From NCBI GenBank assembly GCA_964390495.1, contig CAYMIN010000013.1, forward strand, positions 28,081 to 92,080: a stretch of 64,000 nucleotides of DNA. The letters are read 5' to 3'. The notes beneath the pieces were generated by a model, which saw only the letters and a program-made list of their open reading frames with translations, was not told the DNA's origin and did not search any database. Source of the stretch: an uncultured Armatimonadia bacterium. Lineage in GTDB: Bacteria; Armatimonadota; Zipacnadia; Zipacnadales; UBA11051. Position 1 is the first letter of the stretch, and the number at the start of each line of letters is the position of its first letter. Position numbers and translations under genes: made by a program. Below, piece after piece: positions 28,395-38,301 of the stretch.

Positions 28395-30320
28395 ATGAAC
28401 CACCAAGACCTCCTCGAAAAACTCGCTCAGGTCCCGGCCGAGCCCGGCGCCTACACGCTCATGGATGGCGCCGGCGAGGTCATCTATGTTGGCAAGGCCC
28501 GTTCCTTGGCGGCGCGCCTGCGCCAGCACGTCCGGGGCGATGCCGAGCGGATGGGCGGCTGGGCGCCGGTGATGCATGAGAAGCTGGCCGATTTCGACTA
28601 TATCATCACTCGCACCGAGGCCGAGGCTCTGATCCTGGAAGCCACCCTCATCAAGCAGCACCAGCCCCGCTTCAACATCCGCCTGCGCGATGACAAGAGC
28701 TATCCCTACCTGTGCCTGACCGCCGAGAAGTACCCGCGCCTGCTGGTAATCCGCGACCTGCCCAGTGATGCCCGCGTGCGCATACCCGGAGGCGGCGGCA
28801 AGTACCGGCGCGGCTTTCATGATCCCAAGCGCCACGAGGTGTACGGCTTCAGTGCCGGCGAGATTTTCGGCCCATACCCCACCGCGAGTGTCATGTGGCG
28901 CGCCCGCCGCATGGCCAGTCAGCTATTCGGCTTGCGCCAATGCCGCCGCAAGCTCGACGGCACGCCCAGCGGCAAGCCATGCCTCTACTACCATCTCGGT
29001 CACTGTCTGGGCCCATGCACGGGGGAGGTCAGTGAGGAGCAATACGGCGTGGTCGTCCAGCAGGTCATCAACTTCCTGGACGGGAAGACCGAGCAGATTG
29101 CCGAGCGGCTCAGGGGGGAAATGGAGCAGGCCGCGCGGGAGCTGGACTTCGAGCGGGCCGCGCGGCTTCGCGACAAGTTGCAGGTCATCGAGCGCAGCGG
29201 TGAAGACCAGCTTGTGGTGGCTGCCGAGAACCGCGAGCAGGACATCTTCGGCGCGGCCACCGAAGACCAGCGCGCCCTGGTCAAGCTGCTGGGCGTCCGC
29301 GGCGGCCGGCTGACTACCCAGGAGACCTATAGCCTCGCCCATATCGGCGGGCGCTCCCTCGGCGAGATTATCGAGGCGGCGATGACGCTGCACTATGGTG
29401 CCGGCAACCTCCCCGCCCGCCATGTGCTGATCGCCGCACCGCTGGCACAACAAGATGAGTGGCAGGAGTTGCTCTCACAGATGCGCGGAGGCCCCGTGGA
29501 CCTCGCAGTCCCTCAGCGTGGCGAGCGCCGCCGCCTCATCGAGCTGGCGCAGATCAATGCCAAGACCGCTCTCGAGGCCCTTGCCCACCAGGGCCGCAGC
29601 CGCGCTGCAGATAGTGATGCCGCCCTTGCCGACCTCGCTGCAGCTCTGGAGCTGGAGCGGCCGCCGTGCCGGATTGAGTGCTACGACGTATCCAACTTGC
29701 AGGGCGATCATGCTGTCGGCTCGATGGTCGTCTTTACTGACGGGGTGCCCGACAAGTCCGCCTACCGCCGCTTCCGCATTCGCACCGTCGCCGGCCAGGA
29801 CGATTATGCGATGCTGGCCGAGGTAGTGGCGCGTCGGCTGGCGGCGGCCCAGGCCGGCGGTGAAAAGTTCCTACCGCTGCCTGACTTGATTCTCGTGGAT
29901 GGTGGCAAGGGCCAGGTGAGTGCTGTCGCGCAGGTTGTGGACCGGACGGCGGGCGAGCATGACATTGCCCTGGCCGGTCTGGCTAAGGCTGAGGAAGAGG
30001 TCTTCGTGCGAGGCCGCCGCGCACCGCTGGACATGACGTCGCATCCCCGGGGGCAGTTCCTCCTGCAGCGGATGCGCAACGAGGCCCACCGCTTTGCGAT
30101 AACCTATCACCGGGGCCTGCGCGTCCGCAGCATGAGCAGCTCCCAGCTTGACGAGATCGCGGGCATCGGCCCCAAGCGCCGCGCCGAGTTGCTCAAGGCT
30201 TTCCCCTCGCTCCAGGCGATGCGCAACGCCTCACTGGAAGAATTAGCCGCCGTCCCGGGCATGAACCGCAAAGCCGCCCAGGCCGTGCACGACTATCTGA
30301 TACACAATACGTCCGACTAG
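28395..30320 (+). CDS. uvrC: excinuclease ABC subunit C
   Basis: GIY-YIG N-terminus (PGAYTLMDGAGEVIYVGKARSLAARL), a UvrBC-interaction region, an RNaseH-like endonuclease domain and a C-terminal HhH (GIGPKRRAELLKAF). Confidence 0.92.
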   Translation: MNHQDLLEKLAQVPAEPGAYTLMDGAGEVIYVGKARSLAARLRQHVRGDAERMGGWAPVMHEKLADFDYIITRTEAEALILEATLIKQHQPRFNIRLRDDKSYPYLCLTAEKYPRLLVIRDLPSDARVRIPGGGGKYRRGFHDPKRHEVYGFSAGEIFGPYPTASVMWRARRMASQLFGLRQCRRKLDGTPSGKPCLYYHLGHCLGPCTGEVSEEQYGVVVQQVINFLDGKTEQIAERLRGEMEQAARELDFERAARLRDKLQVIERSGEDQLVVAAENREQDIFGAATEDQRALVKLLGVRGGRLTTQETYSLAHIGGRSLGEIIEAAMTLHYGAGNLPARHVLIAAPLAQQDEWQELLSQMRGGPVDLAVPQRGERRRLIELAQINAKTALEALAHQGRSRAADSDAALADLAAALELERPPCRIECYDVSNLQGDHAVGSMVVFTDGVPDKSAYRRFRIRTVAGQDDYAMLAEVVARRLAAAQAGGEKFLPLPDLILVDGGKGQVSAVAQVVDRTAGEHDIALAGLAKAEEEVFVRGRRAPLDMTSHPRGQFLLQRMRNEAHRFAITYHRGLRVRSMSSSQLDEIAGIGPKRRAELLKAFPSLQAMRNASLEELAAVPGMNRKAAQAVHDYLIHNTSD

Positions 30321-30340
30321 TCACTGTCCGCGATGCACTA

Positions 30341-30502
30341 GTGTCGTGTCCCAGAAACAACTTCACATAATTCGAATAGCTCACCAAACGCGTGCCTCGA
30401 CCTGCCCTGAGCAACGTCGCAGGGCAGCCCGAGTCACCATCGGCAAGCTCCACGCTAAACACATACAATGCGACAGCATTCTCAGCTTCCAGCCCGAGGT
30501 CG
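30341..30502. repeat. ~160-bp intergenic repeat, copy 1 of a direct-repeat pair flanking the ilv operon (contains conserved-structure hairpin 30401-30428)
   Basis: Shares GTGTCGTGTCCCAG, TCACATAA, AATAGCTCAC-AAAC-CGTG-CTCG, a hairpin, and AATGCGACAGCATTCTCAGCTTCCAGCCCGAGGTC with 36817-36941. Confidence 0.6.
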
Positions 30503-30599
30503 TTCGAGCCGAACTCCCCAACTGAGCATCCTCAAGTTGCTCTGACGCCGTATCGAGGCCCTCTAAGAGATAACCATGCTTCTGCGACGCAACACTAGC

Positions 30600-31601
30600 T
30601 CAGTCGTCCCGAATCCACGGCATCATTGCCCGCAGCTCTTTGCCGACCTTCTCGATGAGGTGGTTGGCCGATTTCTCCAGTAACGCGTTGAAGACGGTGC
30701 GGCCGGCCTGGTTCTCGAGGATCCATTCTTTGGCAAACGAGCCGTCCTCCACTTCGCCCAGGATCTTTCTCATCTCCGCCCGCGTCTCGGCGTTGATGAT
30801 CCGTGGCCCACGGCTCAGGTCGCCGTAAGTCGCGGTGTCGGACACTCCGCGCCGCATGCCGATGATGCCCTTGTTATAGACCAGGTCCATAATCAGCTTG
30901 AGTTCGTGGAGCACCTCGAAGTACGCCATTTCGGGCGCATAGCCGCCCTCCACGAGCGTATCGAAAGCCGCCGTAATCAGTTCGGTCACTCCGCCGCACA
31001 GCACGACTTGCTCGCCGAACAGGTCGGTGATTGTTTCCTCGGCGAAGGTGGTCTCGATCAGCCCGGCCTTGGTGCCCTTGATCGCCTTGGCGTAGGCCAG
31101 GCCGTACTGCTTCGCCATTCCGCTGGCGTCCTGATACACCGCCAGCAGGCATGGCACTCCGGTGTCGGACAGATAGCACTCCCGCACCAGCGCGCCCGGG
31201 CCTTTGGGGGCTACCATGAACACATCCACGAACTTCGGCGGCATAATCTGCTTGTAGTGGATGTTGAACCCGTGCGAGAAGATCAGCGCATTGCCCTCGG
31301 CCAGATTCGGCTTGATCAGATTCTTATAGACCGCTGCCTGCACGTGGTCCTGGGTCAGGATCTGGATCAAGTCGGCCTCCTGGGCGGCATCGGCGGCATC
31401 GGTATATACCTCCCAGCCGTCTGCGACCGCCTTCTCGTAGTTGGGCGTCCCCTCCAGTTCCGACACTATCACATCCAGCCCCGAATCGCGCAAGCACATT
31501 GACTGCGCCGAGCCCTGGATGCCGTAGCCGATGATGGCGATCTTCTTGCCATCGAGTACGCCGAGGTCAGCATCATCGTCATAGTAGATGGTAACAGCCA
31601 T
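30600..31601 (-). CDS. ilvC: ketol-acid reductoisomerase
   Basis: [44 protein letters not shown] is the class I KARI Rossmann N-terminus. Length 333 aa. Confidence 0.92.
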   Translation of the reverse strand: MAVTIYYDDDADLGVLDGKKIAIIGYGIQGSAQSMCLRDSGLDVIVSELEGTPNYEKAVADGWEVYTDAADAAQEADLIQILTQDHVQAAVYKNLIKPNLAEGNALIFSHGFNIHYKQIMPPKFVDVFMVAPKGPGALVRECYLSDTGVPCLLAVYQDASGMAKQYGLAYAKAIKGTKAGLIETTFAEETITDLFGEQVVLCGGVTELITAAFDTLVEGGYAPEMAYFEVLHELKLIMDLVYNKGIIGMRRGVSDTATYGDLSRGPRIINAETRAEMRKILGEVEDGSFAKEWILENQAGRTVFNALLEKSANHLIEKVGKELRAMMPWIRDD

Positions 31602-31621
31602 GCCAGATTCCTCCTTAATGA

Positions 31622-32044
31622 CTAACTGCCAACGCTTTCCGCACTATTCTCTTCCTCTTCAGCCGGTCGCCGTCCTGCACCGCCAATCAGTTTGCCATAC
31701 AGCGCGCCTAACGCAATTCCGACAGCGGCGAAGATGCAGACATTTAGCACGAACACCGACAGCTTGTGCAGTCCCACATATCCTGTTGCCGGGTCATAGC
31801 GCACCATGTAGCGGTAGAGTCGCCACATCACCAGCACGATCGGCCCCAGCATCCCGAACGCCAGGCCGCGGCCCAGGCCCGTCAGCAAGCGCCCTTGCAC
31901 GCCGCCGGCGATGGCCCCGATCAGCAACCCCAGCACCGGCGCAGCGACAGCCAGATAGAGCATTACCGCATCCACCTGGGCCAAATCAACGATCTCTTTC
32001 AATTCCGCGCCCACCTTCCGCCTCCTGCCGCAGCCGTCACTCAA
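31622..32044 (-). CDS. small integral membrane protein, unknown function (3-4 TM), embedded in ilv operon
   Basis: Hydrophobic segments [32 protein letters not shown] and [21 protein letters not shown]. It lies 20 nt upstream of ilvC in the same orientation. Confidence 0.5.
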   Translation of the reverse strand: MSDGCGRRRKVGAELKEIVDLAQVDAVMLYLAVAAPVLGLLIGAIAGGVQGRLLTGLGRGLAFGMLGPIVLVMWRLYRYMVRYDPATGYVGLHKLSVFVLNVCIFAAVGIALGALYGKLIGGAGRRPAEEEENSAESVGS

Positions 32045-32051
32045 TATATAC

Positions 32052-32768
32052 CTAGTGTCCTGCTCGGCGCAACAGTTCCTCGATATTCACCCCGTCTATC
32101 TTCAGGCCGCGGATGTTGCAGCGCTCGATGGATACATCGGAAAGGTCCGAGTATCTAATGCTGGTACGCCGCAGGTCCGCGTTTTCCATCGTGCTGAATG
32201 AGAAGTCGGTGTTGGAGAAACGCCCCTGGCTGAATTCACAGTGGCTCCAACGCCCGTACTTGGCGGTGAGGTACTCGGCCCGCAGATTCCGCAGCTCGAC
32301 CCGCTCCAGATACCAGTCCGTGCCGCTGCAGCGCAGCAGATGCAGGTCATCGCTCTCGCTGTATTCCCAGATGATATCGTCCATTTCGCAGTCATAGAAC
32401 CGCGTGCCGTCGAAGTCTATCCGCTCGAAGCGGCCGTACTTGAAGCTACCGGTATGGAACGATGGGTAGTCGAAGGTCATCTGGCTGAAGCTGGGCTTGT
32501 GCATCTTTGACTGCGTGAAGCCGACCTCGGAGAAGCTGCAGTTCGTGAACTTTCCGTGCGTGAAGTTGCACCGCTCGAACAGAGCGTCCCGCAGGTTGAG
32601 GTCGCGGAACTCCGGGCTATTCATGGTCAGGTCCAAGAACTCCGGCTCAGTCAGGTCGGTGTCCTCGAAGTGCAGTGGCGCGCCCTCTGCGGTGCCCGGT
32701 CCGGCGCTGACTACAATGCCCATCATCATGACGCCCACGACCCACATGGCCTTCCGCAAAGCTGACAT
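32052..32768 (-). CDS. secreted pentapeptide-repeat protein, embedded in ilv operon
   Basis: Signal peptide MWVVGVMMMGIVVSAGPGTAEG, then tandem A(D/N)LxX pentapeptides (LNLRDALFERCNFTHGKFTNCSFSEVGFTQSK...). Confidence 0.7.
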   Translation of the reverse strand: MSALRKAMWVVGVMMMGIVVSAGPGTAEGAPLHFEDTDLTEPEFLDLTMNSPEFRDLNLRDALFERCNFTHGKFTNCSFSEVGFTQSKMHKPSFSQMTFDYPSFHTGSFKYGRFERIDFDGTRFYDCEMDDIIWEYSESDDLHLLRCSGTDWYLERVELRNLRAEYLTAKYGRWSHCEFSQGRFSNTDFSFSTMENADLRRTSIRYSDLSDVSIERCNIRGLKIDGVNIEELLRRAGH

Positions 32769-32801
32769 GATCTGCCTGCTCCTTTCGCCTCCGGTGACGG
32801 C

Positions 32802-33296
32802 TTAGGTTTTCTGGGAGCCGCGTGCTAGCACCACCTTGCCGGTACGCACCAGCTCGATGATGCCGTAGTCGGCGAAGTTTTCGATGAAAGCATCAATCTT
32901 GTCGGAGTTGCCGACGCACTGCACGATCAGCGCGCCGTTGCCGATGTCAATGATATCGCCCCGGAAGATCTCCACCAGGGCCGCGACTTCGGCTCGTTGG
33001 GACGCCTTCACTTTGACCTTGATCATGCACAACTCCCGCTCCACCACTGCGTGTTCGGTATGGTCTATCACCGTGACCACATCGTGGAGTTTCTCGAGCT
33101 GCTTGCGCACCTGTTCCAGCGGCGTTCCGGAAGCGTCCACGGCGATGGTCATACGTGACACCGCGGCGTCCTCGGTGGTGCTCACCGCCAGGCTCTCGAT
33201 ATTGAAATCGCGCCTGGCGAACAGCCCGGCCACCCGCGCCAGGACCCGCGGACGGTTCTTCACCAGTGCTGACAATGTATGGGTCATATTCGTCAC
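32802..33296 (-). CDS. ilvN: acetolactate synthase small (regulatory) subunit
   Basis: ACT-domain N-terminus HTLSALVKNRPRVLARVAGLFARRDFNIESLAV. Length 164 aa. It lies immediately downstream of the large subunit. Confidence 0.85.
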   Translation of the reverse strand: MTNMTHTLSALVKNRPRVLARVAGLFARRDFNIESLAVSTTEDAAVSRMTIAVDASGTPLEQVRKQLEKLHDVVTVIDHTEHAVVERELCMIKVKVKASQRAEVAALVEIFRGDIIDIGNGALIVQCVGNSDKIDAFIENFADYGIIELVRTGKVVLARGSQKT

Positions 33297-33339
33297 CTTC
33301 CCCAGTGCGAAATCTGGGCTCCCGCTGGACTCCAGCAGG

Positions 33340-35037
33340 TTATTTCTCCTGCTTCGGCTGCTCCATCATAATGTCGTCAACGCTCTTGCCGGCCGGTATG
33401 AACGGGAACACGTTCTCTTCCTTGTTGACCACGAAGTCCATGAACACCGGCTTATCCTTGACCTCCAGGCCCTGCTCCAAGGTCTCGCGGACCTTGTCCG
33501 GCTCGGCGCAGCGCAGGCCTACGCCTCCGTGCGCCTCGGCCATCCGCGCAAAGTCCGGGTTGCCGGTGAGGTCCACGCCCGAGAGCCGGTTGTCGAAGAA
33601 CAGCTCCTGCCACTGCCGCACCATACCCAGGTAGCTGTTGTTGAGAATCACCACCTTGACTGGCAGCTTATTGATGGTGGCGGTGGTCAGCTCCTGTTGG
33701 TTCATCTGGATGCTGCCGTCACCGGCAATGTCAACGACCAGGTCGTCCGGGTTGCCCACCTGCGCACCGATCGCTGCCGGAAAGCCGTAGCCCATAGTGC
33801 CCAGGCCTCCGGAGCTCAAGAACCGGCGCGGCTTCTCCAGTTTGTAGTACTGCGCCGCCCACATCTGATTCTGGCCCACCTCGGTGGCGATTATGGCACT
33901 ACCACCGGTCAGCTCATAGAGCTGCTCGACTATGTACTGGGGGGCGATGCCCTCATCAGGCATCGGGTAGCTTAGCGGGTGGGTGCGTCGCCACTCGAAA
34001 AGCTGCTGTTCCCACGGGCCCTTGTCGCGAGACTTGCAGGCCGCCACCAGTTTCTCCAGAGCAGCTCCGGCATCGGCGCAGATCCCCACCTTGACCGGGC
34101 GCAGCTTAGCAATCTCAGCCGCGTCAATATCAATATGAATCACCTGCGCCCCCGGCGCGAATTTCTCCAGGTCTCCGGTAATGCGGTCATCAAACCGCGC
34201 CCCGATCACGATCATCAGGTCGCTGTTTTGCAGCGCCGTCGAAGCGTAGGCCATCCCGTGCATCCCCGGCATCCCCATCGAGAGCTCGTGGCTTTCCGGA
34301 AAAGCCCCCTTGCCCATCAGCGTATGAATCACGCCGAGATTGCACTTGGTCGCCAACTCGATCAGCTTCTCCGCAGCGCCCGAGGCCACCACTCCGCCAC
34401 CAATCATCAGGATTGGCCGCTTGGCCTCCTCGATCATCTGCGCCGCCTGGCGGATCAGCTCATCATCAACCGGCTGCGGCTCCTCATAACCGTCCAGCCC
34501 CTCGATGTTGCGCTCGGTCCAGGGTACCTCACCGATGCTGACATCAAACGGCACATCCACCAGCACCGGCCCGGGACGCCCTGTCCGCGCCAGGTAGAAC
34601 GCCTCCCGGCAGATGTCCACCAGCTCGGCCGGATTCGTCACCAGGTAGTTATGCTTCGTGACTGGGATGGTGACGCCGGTGGTGTCGGCCTCCTGGAAGG
34701 AGTCCTTGCCGATCAGATTGCGCTTGACCTGGCCGGTGATCGCCACCATCGGCACCGAATCCATGTAGGCGTTGGCCAGGCCGGTGACCAGGTTCAGTGC
34801 CCCCGGACCGCTGGTAGCCATGCACACACCGACCCGGCCGGTCGAGCGCGCGTAGCCGTCGGCGGCGTGAGCCGCCCCCTGCTCGTGACGCGGCAGGATG
34901 TTTCTTATCTGCGAATCGTACAGCGCATCATAGATCGGTATCACAGACCCGCCCGGGTATCCGAAGATCACATCCACACCTTCCTCCGCGAACACCTCAA
35001 GCATGCCCTGAGCACCGTTGATCATCTTCTGACTCAT
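33340..35037 (-). CDS. ilvB: acetolactate synthase large subunit
   Basis: ThDP enzyme blocks (GYPGGSVIPIYDAL, GPGALNLVTGLANAYMDSVPMVAITGQV, the GDGS...N ThDP-binding motif GDGSIQMNQQEL). Length 565 aa. Confidence 0.92.
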   Translation of the reverse strand: MSQKMINGAQGMLEVFAEEGVDVIFGYPGGSVIPIYDALYDSQIRNILPRHEQGAAHAADGYARSTGRVGVCMATSGPGALNLVTGLANAYMDSVPMVAITGQVKRNLIGKDSFQEADTTGVTIPVTKHNYLVTNPAELVDICREAFYLARTGRPGPVLVDVPFDVSIGEVPWTERNIEGLDGYEEPQPVDDELIRQAAQMIEEAKRPILMIGGGVVASGAAEKLIELATKCNLGVIHTLMGKGAFPESHELSMGMPGMHGMAYASTALQNSDLMIVIGARFDDRITGDLEKFAPGAQVIHIDIDAAEIAKLRPVKVGICADAGAALEKLVAACKSRDKGPWEQQLFEWRRTHPLSYPMPDEGIAPQYIVEQLYELTGGSAIIATEVGQNQMWAAQYYKLEKPRRFLSSGGLGTMGYGFPAAIGAQVGNPDDLVVDIAGDGSIQMNQQELTTATINKLPVKVVILNNSYLGMVRQWQELFFDNRLSGVDLTGNPDFARMAEAHGGVGLRCAEPDKVRETLEQGLEVKDKPVFMDFVVNKEENVFPFIPAGKSVDDIMMEQPKQEK

Positions 35038-35098
35038 GGTACTACCTCCTTCGAACCGCCGGACTTCACCATACGGCTGTCGAAGCCCTCGGCTAGGC

Positions 35099-36802
35099 TC
35101 ATTTCATCACTGCCCCGGAAGCCGCCGACTGCACAGAGCGTGCATAGCGCGCCAGCCAGCCGGTTGTGATCTTCGGCTCCGGTGCTTGCCAGGTCTCGCG
35201 ACGCTTGGCCAGCTCTGCCTCATCCACCAGCAGTTCCAGGCTCCGGGCATCCAGGTCAATGGCTATCTCATCGCCGTCTTGGACCAGCGCCAGCGCACCA
35301 CCGGCCGCAGCCTCCGGCGAGATATGCCCGACGCAGGGCCCGCGCGTGCCGCCGGAAAAGCGCCCATCGGTGAGCAGGCCGACCGATTCCTCCTTGCCCA
35401 TGCCCGTCAGCGTCGCCGTCGGGTTGAGCATCTCCCGCATCCCCGGGCCGCCTCGCGGGCCCTCGTAGCGGATGATCGCCCAGGAGCCGTCGGGAATGGC
35501 GTCGGCCATGATCGCCTCCAGCGCCTCCTCCTCCGAATCGAAGCACACTGCCGTCCCCCGGAACTGGCGCATCTTCTCCGACACTGCCGACTGCTTGACG
35601 ACCGCACCGTCCGGGCATAGGTTGCCACGCAGGACGGCGATACCACCCTCTTTCCGATACGCGCTATCCAGCGAGCGGATCACATCGCTGTCGGTCACAC
35701 GGCCCTCGCCGGCGATCTCGGCGACCGTCTTGCCTGAGACCGTGATATTGTCATCCAGCAGCTCGGCCAGCACCGCGAAGGCCCCGGCTATACCTCCGGC
35801 CCAGTCGAAGTCCTCCATCATATAGTCGCCGCCCGGGCGCAGGTGAGCTATCTGCGGCGTCTGCTTGGATAGCTCGTCAAACACCTCCAGGTTTATGTCC
35901 ACACCGGCCTCGTAAGCGATGGCTGCGATGTGCAGGCACGAGTTGGTCGAGCCGCCTAGGCTCATATCCATGCGGATGGCGTTCCTGATGGCGGCCTCGT
36001 TGATGATCTGCCGCGCGTTGATCTGCTCCGCCACCAGCCGGCAGGCAGCCACACCCGTATCGTAGGCCAGCCGCTCCTTCTTGGCCATGCCGGCCAGCGC
36101 CGTTCCACAGCCCACCAGGCTCATGCCCATCGCCTCAGTCACGCACGCCATCGTGTTGGCCGTGTACAGGCCCTGACATGAGCCGACGCCCGGACAGGCC
36201 TCGATTTCCAGAGCGTGCAGTTCCGCCTCCGTGATTACGCCGCGCTCGGCCTTACTGAAGGCCTCGAAGGTATCCCGCACCAGCGACAGCGGCTTGCCGG
36301 CCAGTCGCCCCGAGTGCATCGGCCCGGCGGTGATGGCGATGGCCGGTATATCCAGCCGCCCCGCCGCCATCAGCATTCCCGGAGTGATCTTGTCGCAGTT
36401 GGTCAGCAAGACTAGGCCGTCGAAGCCGTGCGCGATCGCCATGCTCTCCACGGTATCGGCGATCAGTTCCCGGCTGGGCAGGCTGTAGAACATGCCCGCA
36501 TGGCCCATCGCCACACCGTCACAGATGGCAGGAATACCGAAGCTCATCGGCGTTCCGCCACCGGCGGCGATACCCAGCTCGACGCCGCGCAACAGCCGCT
36601 GCATCCCCACATGCCCTGGCACGATGTCGCTGTAGCTATTGGCGATGCCGATGAAGGGCTTATCCGCAAGCTGTTGGGGCGTGAAGCCGCAGGCGTGCAG
36701 CAAGGCCCGCGCCGGTGCCCGGCTGATGCCTTGTACGACTGGTCCGCTACGCTTTTTCATCTTCCTGCCTCCGTTCGTCATTTCACTGCGCGGCTGACTC
36801 AC
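35099..36802 (-). CDS. ilvD: dihydroxy-acid dehydratase
   Basis: ILVD_EDD signatures ([43 protein letters not shown]). The true start may be an internal Met (MKKRSG, about 36760). Confidence 0.9.
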   Translation of the reverse strand: MSQPRSEMTNGGRKMKKRSGPVVQGISRAPARALLHACGFTPQQLADKPFIGIANSYSDIVPGHVGMQRLLRGVELGIAAGGGTPMSFGIPAICDGVAMGHAGMFYSLPSRELIADTVESMAIAHGFDGLVLLTNCDKITPGMLMAAGRLDIPAIAITAGPMHSGRLAGKPLSLVRDTFEAFSKAERGVITEAELHALEIEACPGVGSCQGLYTANTMACVTEAMGMSLVGCGTALAGMAKKERLAYDTGVAACRLVAEQINARQIINEAAIRNAIRMDMSLGGSTNSCLHIAAIAYEAGVDINLEVFDELSKQTPQIAHLRPGGDYMMEDFDWAGGIAGAFAVLAELLDDNITVSGKTVAEIAGEGRVTDSDVIRSLDSAYRKEGGIAVLRGNLCPDGAVVKQSAVSEKMRQFRGTAVCFDSEEEALEAIMADAIPDGSWAIIRYEGPRGGPGMREMLNPTATLTGMGKEESVGLLTDGRFSGGTRGPCVGHISPEAAAGGALALVQDGDEIAIDLDARSLELLVDEAELAKRRETWQAPEPKITTGWLARYARSVQSAASGAVMK

Positions 36803-36816
36803 TATACTACACCCAA

Positions 36817-36941
36817 GTGTCGTGTCCCAGGCATAACCTCACATAACCCCAATAGCTCACTAAACCCGTGGCTCGGCCTGACCTGCGTCTCGTGCAGGTC
36901 AGGTGAGAATGCGACAGCATTCTCAGCTTCCAGCCCGAGGT
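36817..36941. repeat. copy 2 of ilv-flanking direct repeat (hairpin 36876-36902 with compensatory substitutions relative to copy 1)
   Basis: See 30341-30502. It lies between the ilvD start and the stop of the DUF1028 gene. Confidence 0.6.
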
Positions 36942-36951
36942 CTTCCGCGAC

Positions 36952-37668
36952 TTACCACTCCCGCATGGCCTTGAGCATATCGAATATGCGGCGTAGTTCC
37001 GCGATAGGGTCTTGGTGGTCATCCACTCGCAGGTCCACTACCCGGTCGGTAAGCCCGGCGGTGCCGCCGCCCTGACGGACGACTAGCAGAGCCGCCGATT
37101 GCTGCCCTCTGGTGTCACCGCCGGCGGCCTGGCCTGCTTCCAGGGCCTGCATCAGCCGCTCGCCCAGTACCTGTCCCGCTGCGGCCTGGAAGCTTGCGGC
37201 CATAGCCTCAACTACTTGCGGCCCGGCCAAGATGTTGCCCTGGGCCGAGAAATCCTCCCCGCAGACGCCTCCGGCCCATTGGGTACATTCGCCGCCGGTA
37301 TGATTCGCCGTGCGGCTCTGGTGGTCAATGATTCCCACCTGGCGCAGTTCGGGCCTCTCATCTGCCGCCAATATCTGCTCCAGGGCCTCTTGCGGCGGCA
37401 CTCTCGTGCCCAGCAAGCGCAGGGCTTCCGGCCCCAATTCGGGATTCACCGCTGCCTGGGTCGCCACCGCTCCGACTCCGGCCGCAGCCCAGGGCACGAC
37501 GCTGCCGACCGCGAAGTACTTGGACTGCACGGCCACTCCCAAGTCGCGGGTCTCGCCGTCACGTGCTACTATCGAGAAGGTTCCGGTAGGCGCCATCTCC
37601 ATGCCAGGGGCCTCGCCCATGAAGCGGATAGGATACTCGTTGGGTACAAAAAAGCCTCGTGTCCACAA
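36952..37668 (-). CDS. DUF1028-family protein (Ntn-hydrolase-like)
   Basis: GTFSIVARDGETRDLGVAVQSKYFAVGSVVPWAAAGVGAVATQA is the characteristic DUF1028 N-terminus, with Thr as the putative nucleophile after processing. The start may be MEMAPTG. Confidence 0.65.
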   Translation of the reverse strand: MWTRGFFVPNEYPIRFMGEAPGMEMAPTGTFSIVARDGETRDLGVAVQSKYFAVGSVVPWAAAGVGAVATQAAVNPELGPEALRLLGTRVPPQEALEQILAADERPELRQVGIIDHQSRTANHTGGECTQWAGGVCGEDFSAQGNILAGPQVVEAMAASFQAAAGQVLGERLMQALEAGQAAGGDTRGQQSAALLVVRQGGGTAGLTDRVVDLRVDDHQDPIAELRRIFDMLKAMREW

Positions 37669-38039
37669 TGGGACAAGAGGCTTGTTAGCTCCTGCGGTAC
37701 CACCCAGATTCCCGGCGCACGCTTGAGTTGCACCGGACTCTTTGGCGCAATAACGGGCGCACCCGGTCGGGCCTATTGCTATATGTTCGGCCCGACGGCT
37801 CGGGGGCGACCTTCGGCGGTCCGCTGGTACCGTCTCTCAGCACGACGACGGCTCTCTGTTCCTGGCGGAGTCCGCTTACTCCTCCCCTTCTTCGCCGTAA
37901 GCAGTATTCAGATTGTCTCCAGTATAGTACACCGCCTCAGATTCGTCAAGCGCCCCTTGCTTCGAGCCGCATTATTGCCCAACGCACCGGCGGGGTTTTG
38001 TTGAGCAGTCACGCAAATCTTCGGCGACTGGAGCTCCAG

Positions 38040-38230
38040 CGCGACAGGTTGTGTCGTTAGTAATGGCGGGGCCGGTCCAGCCGTTGTCGTGGTTTTTCGT
38101 GCCATTGTAGGGGCGCACGGTGTGCGCCCGCGCCGTTGCCGTTGTTCCCTCTCCCCCTGGAAGAAGGCTAGGGTGAGGGCTGCCGTTGTGTTGCCCCTGC
38201 CTTTGGTGTCCCTTTTTTCCCTGGCAGCAG
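38040..38230. repeat. composite repeat copy D (TGTGTCGT, GGGCGCAC-GGT-GTGCGCCC hairpin, CCCTCTCCCCC...GGGTGAGGG)
   Basis: A perfect 8-bp hairpin at 38112-38130. CCGTTGCC flanks as in copies A and B. It lies in a 630-bp ORF-free gap. Confidence 0.5.
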
Positions 38231-38301
38231 GAAACACCCCGGCTTGAGGCGAATATCCCAACTAGCGGCTCAATTCAGCTCTGAGAAAGGCAGGCTGGCA
38301 C

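Noticed and set aside
37790-37830. tmRNA-like 5' string GGGGGCGACCTTCGGCGG
   Set aside because: No tRNA-like T-arm (GGTTCGA.TCC) or ACCA 3' end, and no resume-codon/tag-peptide reading frame nearby.
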